DNA of 64,000 nucleotides from an uncultured Actinomycetota bacterium (lineage in GTDB: Bacteria > Actinomycetota > Actinomycetes > Frankiales > Frankiaceae), in contig CAWITL010000010.1 of the NCBI GenBank assembly GCA_963839015.1, positions 501,466-565,465 of the forward strand, in the 5' to 3' direction. The number at the start of each line of letters is the position of its first letter. Position 1 is the stretch's first letter. This document shows positions 52,598 through 61,200 of the stretch, in pieces. The position numbers and the translations under genes are program-made. The notes beneath the pieces were generated by a model. It made no database searches. It saw only the letters and a program-made list of their open reading frames with translations, and was not told where the DNA came from.

Positions 52598-54250
52598 ATG
52601 ATCACGAACCGTCCGCCCGCATGGGACAAGGTGGTCGACGTCGTTGTGATGGGCTCAGGAGCCGCCGGTTTGACGGCAGCGACGCTGGCGCATGACGGCG
52701 GCGCCGACGTCTTGGTGCTGGAGAAGTCCCAGCAGTTCGGCGGGACCACCGGGGTGTCGGGCGGCATGCCGTGGATCCCCCTCAACCGCCACCTGGCGGA
52801 CGTCGGCGTCACCGATTCCCGGGAAGAGGCCCTGACCTATCTTCGTCGGCTGACCCTGGACACCGAGCCGGACCCGGCGCTGGTCGAGACCTTCGTCGAC
52901 ACCGCCGCCGAGATGCTCGACTACCTCGAGTCCAAGACCCCGCTGCGGATGACGGCGCCTCCCGGCTTCTCCGACTACTACGCAGATCAGCCTGGTGGGA
53001 AGCCGGCCGGCCGCTCGTTGGAGCCGGTGCCCTTCGATGCCCGCACCGAGCTCGGTGAGTGGGCCTCCCGGGTGCGGGTCGGCCCCCATCTGCCCTGGCT
53101 GACCATGGAGGAGGGCGGCAAGTTCCTCACCGGCCGCGACCTGCCGGACGTCAATCTCGCCGGGCAACGCGAGCGTGACGACATCCGGGTGCTCGGCGCG
53201 GCGCTCGCCGCCTCGCTGGTCAAGGGACTGCTCGACCGCGGAGTCGCCATGCAAGCTGACAGCCCCGTGCGGGAGCTGGTCGTGGTCGACGGGGCCGTTA
53301 TCGGCGTGCGCGTGAGCCGCAGCGGTAGTGACGAGCTGATCGGCGCCCGTAAGGGAGTCGTCCTCGCCAGCGGCGGCTTCGAGTGGAACGCCGACATGGT
53401 GGCCGGCTTCATCGGCCAACCGATCATGCCGCTGAGCCCTCCCCACAATGAGGGCGACGGCCATCGAATCGCCATGGAAGCCGGGGCCAGCCTGGCCAAC
53501 ATGCGCTCGTTCTGGGGCCAGCCCGCCATCCTCGAACCGGACTTCGAGATCGACGGCAGGGCAGTGCCCCAGATGGCCACCCTTCGCAGCATGCCGGGCG
53601 TCGTCATCGTGAACCGCCACGGTGAGCGCTTCGTGAACGAGGGCGTCACCTATCAGGACCTGCCCAAGGCGATGCAGACCTATGACCCGGTAGCCGTGGA
53701 CTACCCCAACCGGGCACCGGTCTGGCTCATCTTCGACCAACGGGTGAAGGACACCTCGGTGGTGCTCCCGACTGTGCTGCCCGGGCAGCCGGCCCCCGAG
53801 TGGATCGCCAGCGCTTCCACCCTGGCCGAGCTGGCCGACCAGATCGACCTGCCGGCGGAACAGCTGGAGGCCACGATCGAACGCTGGAACGCCAACGTCG
53901 CTGCCGGTGAGGACCCCGATTACCACCGCGGCACCTTCTGGTGGGAGGCCTTCATGACCGGCGGGCCGACGCCGCAGGGATGCCTACGCCCGGTGGCGAA
54001 GGCGCCGTTCTACGCCGTCGAGATGCGCAACGGCACCATCGGCACCAGCGGCGGCATGCGGATCGACCCCAGCGCCCGGGTACTCGGCTATGGCCGGGGG
54101 GCGATCCCGGGTCTGTACGCGGCGGGCAATGCATCGGCGTGCGTTTTCGGCGGTGCGTATCCAGGCGGCGGCGGCACCATCGGTCCGGCCTTGACCTTCG
54201 GCTACATCGCCGGGCGTGCGGTGGCGGCAGAACCTGGTCGCGAGGTCTAG
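52598..54250 (+). CDS. FAD-dependent oxidoreductase (3-ketosteroid dehydrogenase / fumarate-reductase flavoprotein-like)
   Basis: The ATG at 52598 is preceded by GGAGGA. VVVMGSGAAGLTAATLAHDGGADVLVLEK...FGGTTGVSGG and the C-terminal GLYAAGN are typical of this FAD_binding_2 family. Confidence 0.85.
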   Translation: MITNRPPAWDKVVDVVVMGSGAAGLTAATLAHDGGADVLVLEKSQQFGGTTGVSGGMPWIPLNRHLADVGVTDSREEALTYLRRLTLDTEPDPALVETFVDTAAEMLDYLESKTPLRMTAPPGFSDYYADQPGGKPAGRSLEPVPFDARTELGEWASRVRVGPHLPWLTMEEGGKFLTGRDLPDVNLAGQRERDDIRVLGAALAASLVKGLLDRGVAMQADSPVRELVVVDGAVIGVRVSRSGSDELIGARKGVVLASGGFEWNADMVAGFIGQPIMPLSPPHNEGDGHRIAMEAGASLANMRSFWGQPAILEPDFEIDGRAVPQMATLRSMPGVVIVNRHGERFVNEGVTYQDLPKAMQTYDPVAVDYPNRAPVWLIFDQRVKDTSVVLPTVLPGQPAPEWIASASTLAELADQIDLPAEQLEATIERWNANVAAGEDPDYHRGTFWWEAFMTGGPTPQGCLRPVAKAPFYAVEMRNGTIGTSGGMRIDPSARVLGYGRGAIPGLYAAGNASACVFGGAYPGGGGTIGPALTFGYIAGRAVAAEPGREV

Positions 54251-54267
54251 TCCCTACCGGCCTGCTG

Positions 54268-56166
54268 TTACATCCCCGCCGCGCGAAGGGGAGTTGGGCC
54301 CATGCTTTCGGGATCTTCAAGCAGGACCACCGGCACATCCACCGCGCGCGAACGGAGCCACTCCCCGACTGATTTGGCCTGCGGATCAAACCGGGTGGCC
54401 GCAGCAACGCCCTCACCCAGCAGCCCTGGAATCTGAAAGAGCACGGCGCGCACGAGTGGCAGCTCCTCCCGCGTGACCTCGAGCGTTCGAGCCTCGGGCA
54501 GCAGCTCCTGCAGCCTTTCTGAGGTCAGGTAAGTCGAGAGCCATTCGTAGGCGGCAGCGCTACGCGTATACACGCCCAGCGTGCAGCTACCGCCCTTGTC
54601 GCCGCTGCGGGCGCCGGCCAACAGCCCTAGTGGCACGCGACGGTTCACCGCGTCCGCCCCAGGCTTCGTCGCACCGTCAGGTTGTTGGCGCGGATACGCG
54701 CCAACCTTCCGCGGTATCGGTTTCAGCGGCGCCACCACGGCCGGTTGCGGCTCAGCCAACCGCACTCCGTCGAGCTCCACGATCTCAGTGACAGCCTCGC
54801 GCCGAACCCAGGCGGGCGCGTACACACCGAAGGGTCGGGCGTCGCCCGGCGGAGACGTGACAAAGAAACCCGGGATGCTCGACAGCGTCGCGGCGACGAC
54901 CTGGTTCGAGAAGGCGCGCCCCACCCGCGCCGGATCCGTGTCCTTGACGGTGAGGTGCAGCAGCGCGCTGGCCTCTTCCTCCGTTTCGGCGTCCGGCCGA
55001 TCGGTCCTGGCCAACGTGACGGTGACATCGCCAGCCGCGCTCAAAGGCGCGGCGAGGTGGCGACGCAGCAGCTCCGCCTTGCGCTCGATGTCCAGCCCGG
55101 CCAGCGGCACCGTCATACTCGTCCGGTAGCCACCGATACGGTTCGTCGCGACCTTCAACCACTCGCCAGAAGGCTCCCCCCGCGCCCCGCGGACGGCCAC
55201 CCGGTCCGGCCCCTCCTGGGCCAGGGTCACCGTGTCGAAGCGACTCATGACGTCCGGTCCGCCGTACCTGATTCCGGTGCACTCATACAGCAGCTGTTCG
55301 GTGACGGTCGCGATGGTCACCCGGCCGCCGGTGCCGGGATGTTTGGTGACGACGCAGCTGCCGTCTTCTGCCACCTCCGCCAAGGGAAAGCCGACGTGGT
55401 CCAGCAACGCGAGATTGCCGCCAGGACCATCGAGCAGATCGCCGTACAAGCTGAAATTCCCGCCGGTCGCCTGAGCCCCACACTCCAGCAGGTGACCCGC
55501 CACCGTAGCGCCGGCCAAAGCATCCAGAAGATGGCCGGCATCGGCGACCGGCCGCAGCCAGCCGTGGTGCCAGGCCGCCGGCCCGACAACCAGGCTGGCA
55601 TCCGTCACGCGGCCGGTCACCACGACCTGCGCCCCCGCATCCAGCGCCCGCACGATGCCGGCACAGCCGAGGTAGGCATTCGCCGTCAGTGGGACCGGGC
55701 CTGTTGACCCTGTTGACCCTGTTGACCCTGTTGACATGGTCGATGTAGGGCCGACCGGCGGTCCCTCCCCGGCCACAAGCATTCCCGTCGCGGCCAACCC
55801 GTCCCAGCTGCCGACGAGATCATCGCCGGCCACCGTCGCGATCGAAACCTTCAGGCCGAGACGCTGACAGATCCCGCGCACTGCGTCGGCCAGGCCAGCC
55901 GGGTTGAGCCCGCCAGCATTCGAGACGATCCGGACTCCACGAGCCAGAGCGTCAGCCAGGCATTCTTCGAGCTGCTGCACAAAAGTTCGGGCGTATCCGG
56001 CCGCCGGATCCTTGGCCATCTGGCGGCCGAGGATCAGCATGGTGAGCTCGGCCAGATAGTCCCCCGTCAAGACGTCGACGGGTCCGCCGTCCAGCTGCTC
56101 GCGCATGGCGCTCAGCCGGTCGCCGTAGAACCCTGAGCAATTGGCGATGACGAGCGGCGCGCTCAC
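54268..56166 (-). CDS. AtuA-family protein (DUF1446), long fused form
   Basis: IANCSGFYGDRLSAMREQL...VDVLTGDYLAELTM, VVVTGRVTDASL and LLECGAQATGGNF are typical of AtuA-like proteins. The GTG start at 56166 overlaps the upstream hydratase stop by 1 nt (TAGTG). Confidence 0.75.
   Translation of the reverse strand: MSAPLVIANCSGFYGDRLSAMREQLDGGPVDVLTGDYLAELTMLILGRQMAKDPAAGYARTFVQQLEECLADALARGVRIVSNAGGLNPAGLADAVRGICQRLGLKVSIATVAGDDLVGSWDGLAATGMLVAGEGPPVGPTSTMSTGSTGSTGSTGPVPLTANAYLGCAGIVRALDAGAQVVVTGRVTDASLVVGPAAWHHGWLRPVADAGHLLDALAGATVAGHLLECGAQATGGNFSLYGDLLDGPGGNLALLDHVGFPLAEVAEDGSCVVTKHPGTGGRVTIATVTEQLLYECTGIRYGGPDVMSRFDTVTLAQEGPDRVAVRGARGEPSGEWLKVATNRIGGYRTSMTVPLAGLDIERKAELLRRHLAAPLSAAGDVTVTLARTDRPDAETEEEASALLHLTVKDTDPARVGRAFSNQVVAATLSSIPGFFVTSPPGDARPFGVYAPAWVRREAVTEIVELDGVRLAEPQPAVVAPLKPIPRKVGAYPRQQPDGATKPGADAVNRRVPLGLLAGARSGDKGGSCTLGVYTRSAAAYEWLSTYLTSERLQELLPEARTLEVTREELPLVRAVLFQIPGLLGEGVAAATRFDPQAKSVGEWLRSRAVDVPVVLLEDPESMGPTPLRAAGM
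55701..55735. repeat. 9-bp tandem repeat CTGTTGACC, about 3.9 copies, in frame (encodes STGSTGSTGSTG on the minus strand)
   Basis: Read directly: ctgttgacc ctgttgacc ctgttgacc ctgttgac. It lies inside the AtuA-family CDS. Confidence 0.9.
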
Positions 56167-56978
56167 TACGCCTGGCCGCGATAGCCGACTGGGATCCACG
56201 AAGGATCGCGTTTCTCAGCGAAAGCGGTCATCCCCTCGTGCCCTTCAGCAGAAGCAAAACGCTCCTCGGAGAGCAACGTGAGGCGGGCAAACGCCTCATC
56301 CGGTGGCAGCGCACCGATTGTCCGCGAAAGCTGCTTGGTCAAGGCGAGGGCTGTTGGCTCGCCCCGCATCAGCATCACCACGATCTCGCTGACAGCGGCA
56401 TCGAGCCCACCTTCCCCGACCACCTCGTCGAGCAGCCCGATCTCGCGCGCCCTGACCGCACCGAACACCTCGCCGGTCAGGAAGAGCCGGTGTACCTGCT
56501 GCGCGGGCACCCGTCGCAGCACCGGCACTGAGATGACCGCCGGAACAAGACCGAGACGTACCTCGGTGAACGAGAAAGTCGCGTCCGCGGGCGCGACGAC
56601 GAGGTCGCATGAGGCCATCAACCCGACCCCGCCGGCCCGCACCGGTCCGTTGAGCCGACAGACCACCGGCTGCGGGCACTCCCAGAGCTTGGCGAAGATC
56701 GTCGGCAGGGCACTGATCGGCGAGCCGGCTCCGCTCTCCCGCGCCGCCCGCTGCTCCTTCAAGTCGGCTCCAGCGCAGAACGCCGGCCCTTCACCGGTCA
56801 GGACGATGACCCGCACCGCTTCACCGGTGATGGCGCCGTCCAGAGCGGCCTCCAGATCCACCAGCAGCTGCCGCGACAGGGCATTGCGATTACGCGGCGA
56901 ATCCAGAGTGACGGTGGCCACGCCATCGGCGGTCTGCAACTTCACCAGCGAACCAGGTTGCACGACGGATTCCTCCAA
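56166..56978 (-). CDS. enoyl-CoA hydratase/isomerase (crotonase) family protein
   Basis: VTLDSPRNRNALS, the oxyanion-hole region LTGEGPAFCAGADLKE and the second motif NGPVRAGGVGL are present. Confidence 0.85.
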   Translation of the reverse strand: MEESVVQPGSLVKLQTADGVATVTLDSPRNRNALSRQLLVDLEAALDGAITGEAVRVIVLTGEGPAFCAGADLKEQRAARESGAGSPISALPTIFAKLWECPQPVVCRLNGPVRAGGVGLMASCDLVVAPADATFSFTEVRLGLVPAVISVPVLRRVPAQQVHRLFLTGEVFGAVRAREIGLLDEVVGEGGLDAAVSEIVVMLMRGEPTALALTKQLSRTIGALPPDEAFARLTLLSEERFASAEGHEGMTAFAEKRDPSWIPVGYRGQA

Positions 56979-57013
56979 CAGTCGGGCGCTCTGATGCGCC
57001 TGGGGGCAACTAG

Positions 57014-57048
57014 ACGTTGATCAACAGGCTGTTGATCAACGTTAACGT
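57014..57048. promoter_or_regulatory. composite A/T-rich palindrome (candidate operator) upstream of the hydratase/AtuA operon
   Basis: ACGTTGATCAACAG (57014-57027), then g, then CTGTTGATCAACGT (57029-57042). This is a perfect 14-bp inverted repeat. Each arm contains the self-palindrome GTTGATCAAC. It overlaps a third palindrome, ACGTTAACGT (57039-57048). Confidence 0.5.
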
Positions 57049-57061
57049 GCCCTTGGGGTGC

Positions 57062-58303
57062 TCAGTGCGGCAAAGCCCCGTGCACAACCTGACCAGCCTT
57101 GAGCACGGTGGTGATGTTGGCGGCGTCAGAGAGGACGGAGATGTCGGCCGACGGGTCGCCTTTGACGATCAAGAGATCGGCGAGCTTGCCCGGCTCGACC
57201 GTGCCGAGGTCATGGCCCTTCCTCATCAGCTCGGCGCCGTTGCGGGTGGCCCAGGTGATGACGTCCAGTGGACTGATGCCGGCATCGTCGACGTAGAGCG
57301 GGAACTCTCCCCCGTACGCGCCGTGAGGGAAGCCGATGGCCCCGTAGTCATCGCCCAGCACGAAGCGCACCCCGGCCGCCTGCGCCTTGGGCAGCACCGA
57401 GTACATGTACTCGAGATCGGCCTTGATCGCGTCGGCCGCAAAACCCAGACCGGATCCCATGAAGCTCAGAAAGTGCTTCGGGAAATAGAGGGATGGGACG
57501 ACGAAGGCCCCGGTCTCCACGAGCGCGGAGATGATCTCGTCGTCCATCTCGTCGCAGTGGTCGACGATGTCGATCCCAAGTTCGAGGGCCATCATGATGG
57601 CCGGCTTGTTGACGAGGTGTGCCCGGATCAGCACCCCCCGACTGTGCGCGGCGTCAATCGCCGCCGCGAGTTCGTCGCGGGTCATCTCGATACGGTCCTT
57701 GGGCGCCGTGGTGCCGTGGCCACCCGTGACGAACAGCTTGATGACCCGCGCACCCTTCTTGATCTCGTCGCGAACGCCGAAGCGAAATTCGTCGGCGCCG
57801 TTACAGATGCGCACCGAACCTGGGGCGGGCATCTTCCAGTGCCAGGGGACGCCGTCGTTGGAGTGACCGGTCGTCGACAGTTCGCGCGAGGACGGGATGA
57901 AGCGCGGTCCGACGATGAGCCCGTCTTCGATCGCCCGGTGCACCCCGGCCTCTACCTCATTCGCACCGCCCGCACCGATGACGCCGGTGAATCCGTGATC
58001 CAAAGCCGTTCGCAGGTTCTTGGCCGAGATCAGCGCCTGATACGAGGGTGGGTATTCATTGCCGTACGGCATGTTCGGCTGCGAACCCAGCTCGTGGTAG
58101 GTCGAGTGGAAGTGGCATGAGTACATCCCGGGCATCAGGGTCAGGCCTTTGAGATCGACCACTTCTGTCTCGCTCGGGGCGGCGGGGAGTGGGTCGGTGG
58201 AGACCGAAGCGATCCGTCCCTCTTCGACAACGACGGTGGCGCCGGACATAGGCGCGGCGTCACCCGTCAGCAGTCTGGCTCCGGTCAGCATGAGCTGTCC
58301 CAT
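57062..58303 (-). CDS. amidohydrolase family protein (metal-dependent hydrolase, Amidohydro_1-like)
   Basis: From the ATG at 58303 the protein has LLTGDAAPMSGATVVVEEGRIASV, PGMYSCHFH (HxH metal motif), VTGGHG and a C-terminal GKLADLLIVKGDP. Confidence 0.8.
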   Translation of the reverse strand: MGQLMLTGARLLTGDAAPMSGATVVVEEGRIASVSTDPLPAAPSETEVVDLKGLTLMPGMYSCHFHSTYHELGSQPNMPYGNEYPPSYQALISAKNLRTALDHGFTGVIGAGGANEVEAGVHRAIEDGLIVGPRFIPSSRELSTTGHSNDGVPWHWKMPAPGSVRICNGADEFRFGVRDEIKKGARVIKLFVTGGHGTTAPKDRIEMTRDELAAAIDAAHSRGVLIRAHLVNKPAIMMALELGIDIVDHCDEMDDEIISALVETGAFVVPSLYFPKHFLSFMGSGLGFAADAIKADLEYMYSVLPKAQAAGVRFVLGDDYGAIGFPHGAYGGEFPLYVDDAGISPLDVITWATRNGAELMRKGHDLGTVEPGKLADLLIVKGDPSADISVLSDAANITTVLKAGQVVHGALPH

Positions 58304-58463
58304 GGGTTCATCTCCCGGGTCGGCGAAATACGCGGTCAGCATAGGCCCGCGCCACCTCGTCCCCGGTGAGCGCCTCAGAGATCGCGAAGAGACCCCCACG
58401 GCCACGACGCTCGAGCCGCGAGAGAAGGTGAGCCTGCAGTTACGCAGCAGGAGGGGAAGTCAG

Positions 58464-59402
58464 ATGCCCGAAGTGAACGTCAGGCCACTGCGCACCGTGC
58501 TCTTCGCGCCAGGCGACGATGAGGCCGAGGTGGCCGCCGCCTTGCGCTCCGGCGCGGATTCCGTCGTCATCGATCTGGAGGAGCCGAGCACTCCCTGCAC
58601 GGAACAGGTGCGCGAGCAGGCCCGCCGGGTCACCCGGGCCGCACTCGACGGGGTCGTGCCGGGTCCGGGAGTGCCGTTGGTGTTCGCCCGAGTGCAGCCA
58701 CCTTCAACAGGTCAGACCCTCAAGGATCTGCGGGCCGTCATGGGGCCTTCGCTGGCCGGAGTGCTGCTGCCCAAGGTGCTGTCACCCGTCGACGTTCATG
58801 GCCTCGATGCGCTCCTCACGTGTCTGGAGGGTGACCTCGGACTTCCATTGCGACGGCTGAGCATCTATCCGATTCTCGAGACGGCGCAGGCCATCAGACT
58901 CGCCTACGAGATCGCCACCGCGTCGGATCGGGTCCGCCACATGGGCGGCGCCATCTCCCGATTCGGCGACATCCATCAGGCCGTCGGCTACCGCTGGAGC
59001 GCGGAAGGCACCGAGACGCTCTTCCTGCGCTCAAAGGTTCTCATCGACTGCCGGGCCGCCGGCATCCGCTACCCCATCAGTGGAATGTGGGGCGGCGACA
59101 CCGACGACCTCGACGGCTTGCGGCGGTGGGCCACCCACCTGCGGGACCTCGGCTACTACGGGATGATGATCGGCAATGCCGCTCACATACCGCTGATCCA
59201 TGAGGTCTTCAGCCCGACCAGGCAGGAGCTGGCCTACTGGTCGGACCTGGACCGGCTGACGACCGAGGCGGAGGCCCGGGGCAGCGGCAAGGTGGTCTAC
59301 GGAGATCCGAACCAGGGTGAGGGGCATTCCGTGCACATTGCACACGTCGGGTCGGCGCGGCAGAACCTGGAGTGGGCCCGCGATCTCGGCATCCAGCCCT
59401 GA
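58464..59402 (+). CDS. HpcH/HpaI aldolase / citrate-lyase beta (CitE)-like CoA-ester lyase
   Basis: The ATG at 58464 is preceded by AGGAGG. PLRTVLFAPGDDEAEVAAALRSGADSVVIDLEEP and ILETAQAI are typical of CitE-like enzymes. Confidence 0.8.
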   Translation: MPEVNVRPLRTVLFAPGDDEAEVAAALRSGADSVVIDLEEPSTPCTEQVREQARRVTRAALDGVVPGPGVPLVFARVQPPSTGQTLKDLRAVMGPSLAGVLLPKVLSPVDVHGLDALLTCLEGDLGLPLRRLSIYPILETAQAIRLAYEIATASDRVRHMGGAISRFGDIHQAVGYRWSAEGTETLFLRSKVLIDCRAAGIRYPISGMWGGDTDDLDGLRRWATHLRDLGYYGMMIGNAAHIPLIHEVFSPTRQELAYWSDLDRLTTEAEARGSGKVVYGDPNQGEGHSVHIAHVGSARQNLEWARDLGIQP

Positions 59403-59416
59403 GAGTTAAATGCAGC

Positions 59417-60778
59417 GTGCACACATTGACCTACCTGGCGCTCAACGGGAGCCTGGGCACCGGCTTCAAAGAAAGCTCGCTCGAGCTCGCGCTGAGCCGG
59501 CCGCTCGACTTCATCGCCGCCGATTCCGGATCGACTGACGGCGGCCCGTACTATCTGGGCACCGGTGAGTGGATCTGGGCCCGTTCCTCCTATGAACGCG
59601 ATCTGCGGCTTGGCCTGCTCGGCGCCCACCGCGCGGGAGTGCCGCTGATCATTGGTTCGTGCGGAGGTGGCGGCGGTGACGCCGCCGTCAACGGCTACGT
59701 GGAGCTGGTCGAAGAGATCGTGCGTACGGCCGGAATCGGGGTGCGGGTGGCGACCGTGCATTGCGAGCCCGACCGCGACTGGCTGGCTGCCAAATACCGG
59801 GCGGGTGACCTGCGGGCCTTGCCGGGGGCTCCAACGATCGATGAGCAGACCTTCGCCCAGCCCGGTCACATCGTGGCGATGGCCGGCGCCGAGCCGATCC
59901 AGGAGGCGATCGACGCCGGAGCAGATGTCGTGCTCGCCGGCCGCACCAGCGACGCCGCCCTGTTCGCCGCCATCCCGCTGGCCCGCGGCTATGACGCCGG
60001 TCAGGTATGGAACGCCGCGAAGATCATCGAATGCGGATCGGCCGCGGCGGAAAACCGGTCCGGCCAGGACTGCCTGTCCTGCACGTTCGACGATGAGGGC
60101 TTCATCCTCGAACCGTTGGATCCAGCGCTGCGCTGCACCCCCCGCAGCGTCGCAGCGCACACCCTCTATGAGACCGCCGACCCCTACCGCCTCATCCAGC
60201 CCTCGGGCACCCTGGACGCCCGGGACGCCCGCTACACCGCGCTGGATGACCGCCGGGTCCGCGTCGTCGGGGGCAGCTTCACGCCCGCGAGCGAATACAC
60301 CGCCAAGCTCGAAGGCGCCGCCGCGGTGGGCTTCCTGTCCTCATTCTGGGGATCGACCCGCGACCCGATCATTCTGGCCCAGCTCGACCCCTGGATCGAT
60401 TCGATGACCAACCAGATCCGCAGCCGCTTGGCCGGCACCTTCGGCGAAAGTGGATACGACCTGCGCATCACGGTCTACGGGGCGAACGGGACCACCGGTG
60501 AACCCACCGCCGCGATCCCGCGGGAAGCCGTGCTCTCCTTCGACGTGCTCGCCGACACCCAGGAGGACGCCTCGGCGATGGCCCGGGCCGCCTACCACGT
60601 CGCGTTGCACTGGCCCGTCAAGGAATGGACCGGCTCCATCACCACATTCGCGCACAGCTACAGCCGGCCGGTGGTAGACCGGGGGCCGGTCTACCGCTTC
60701 ACGCTCAACCACGCACTCGTCCTCGATGAGGCCGAGCGCCGGGCGACCTTTCGGGTCAATCTGCAGGACGTCCGATGA
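59417..60778 (+). CDS. AtuA-like DUF1446 protein, short (split) form
   Basis: It shares with the long paralogue VVLAGRTSDAAL (compare VVVTGRVTDASL) and IIECGSAAAE (compare LLECGAQATG). I chose the GTG start at 59417. The maximal ORF starts at 59372 and would overlap the CitE-like gene. Confidence 0.7.
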   Translation: MHTLTYLALNGSLGTGFKESSLELALSRPLDFIAADSGSTDGGPYYLGTGEWIWARSSYERDLRLGLLGAHRAGVPLIIGSCGGGGGDAAVNGYVELVEEIVRTAGIGVRVATVHCEPDRDWLAAKYRAGDLRALPGAPTIDEQTFAQPGHIVAMAGAEPIQEAIDAGADVVLAGRTSDAALFAAIPLARGYDAGQVWNAAKIIECGSAAAENRSGQDCLSCTFDDEGFILEPLDPALRCTPRSVAAHTLYETADPYRLIQPSGTLDARDARYTALDDRRVRVVGGSFTPASEYTAKLEGAAAVGFLSSFWGSTRDPIILAQLDPWIDSMTNQIRSRLAGTFGESGYDLRITVYGANGTTGEPTAAIPREAVLSFDVLADTQEDASAMARAAYHVALHWPVKEWTGSITTFAHSYSRPVVDRGPVYRFTLNHALVLDEAERRATFRVNLQDVR

Positions 60779-61200
60779 CCGCATCCGGGGTGTTCAGCGC
60801 AGGGACGGTCAGTAGCGAGGGCCTGGAAGCCGTCCGCCGCTGTTTTCGGCTCATTCGCAGCAAGGACGCGGGACCGTTCATGCTGACGCTGGATCTCTTC
60901 TTCGCAGACGCCCGCACCCATCAGGCCTTCCGCACGTCGGAAGTCCTGACGGCGGCAACGATCTCCGAGCTCTACCGGGTCGATCCCGGCGAGGTGGAGA
61001 TCTTTCATCTCGAGGAGATCGACGCGATGAAGATCAGCTTTCCCCGGCTCGTCCCCAGCGGCGATTTCGGCGACACCGATATCACCGGCGGCCAGCAGTA
61101 CGCGGTACTCGTCGAGTTCCTTGCCGGACTCGAATACAACACCGGTCGGGACACCGACGACAACGCACACGACTTACTCACCATCAGGAGGAAGCCATGA
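60775..61200 (+). CDS. DUF4387-like small protein (partner of DUF1446)
   Basis: LIRSKDAGPFMLTLDLFF ... ISFPRLVPSGDFGDTDITGGQQYA matches the pattern I associate with DUF4387. ATGA overlaps occur at both ends. Confidence 0.7.
   Translation: MTASGVFSAGTVSSEGLEAVRRCFRLIRSKDAGPFMLTLDLFFADARTHQAFRTSEVLTAATISELYRVDPGEVEIFHLEEIDAMKISFPRLVPSGDFGDTDITGGQQYAVLVEFLAGLEYNTGRDTDDNAHDLLTIRRKP

Noticed and set aside
51678-53926. Minus-strand ORFs of 299 aa (51678-52577) and 423 aa (52655-53926)
   Set aside because: They are antisense to the C1 peptidase and the FAD-dependent oxidoreductase genes, both of which carry strong catalytic or cofactor motifs. No motifs appear in the antisense frames.
57014-57042. 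Rho-independent terminator for the amidohydrolase gene
   Set aside because: The inverted repeat has a 1-nt spacer, which cannot form a hairpin loop. The stem is A/T-rich and has no U-tract. A protein-binding operator is the better explanation.
57017-58120. 367-aa plus-strand ORF
   Set aside because: It is antisense to the amidohydrolase gene, which carries HxH and other metal-binding motifs. I treat it as a shadow ORF.
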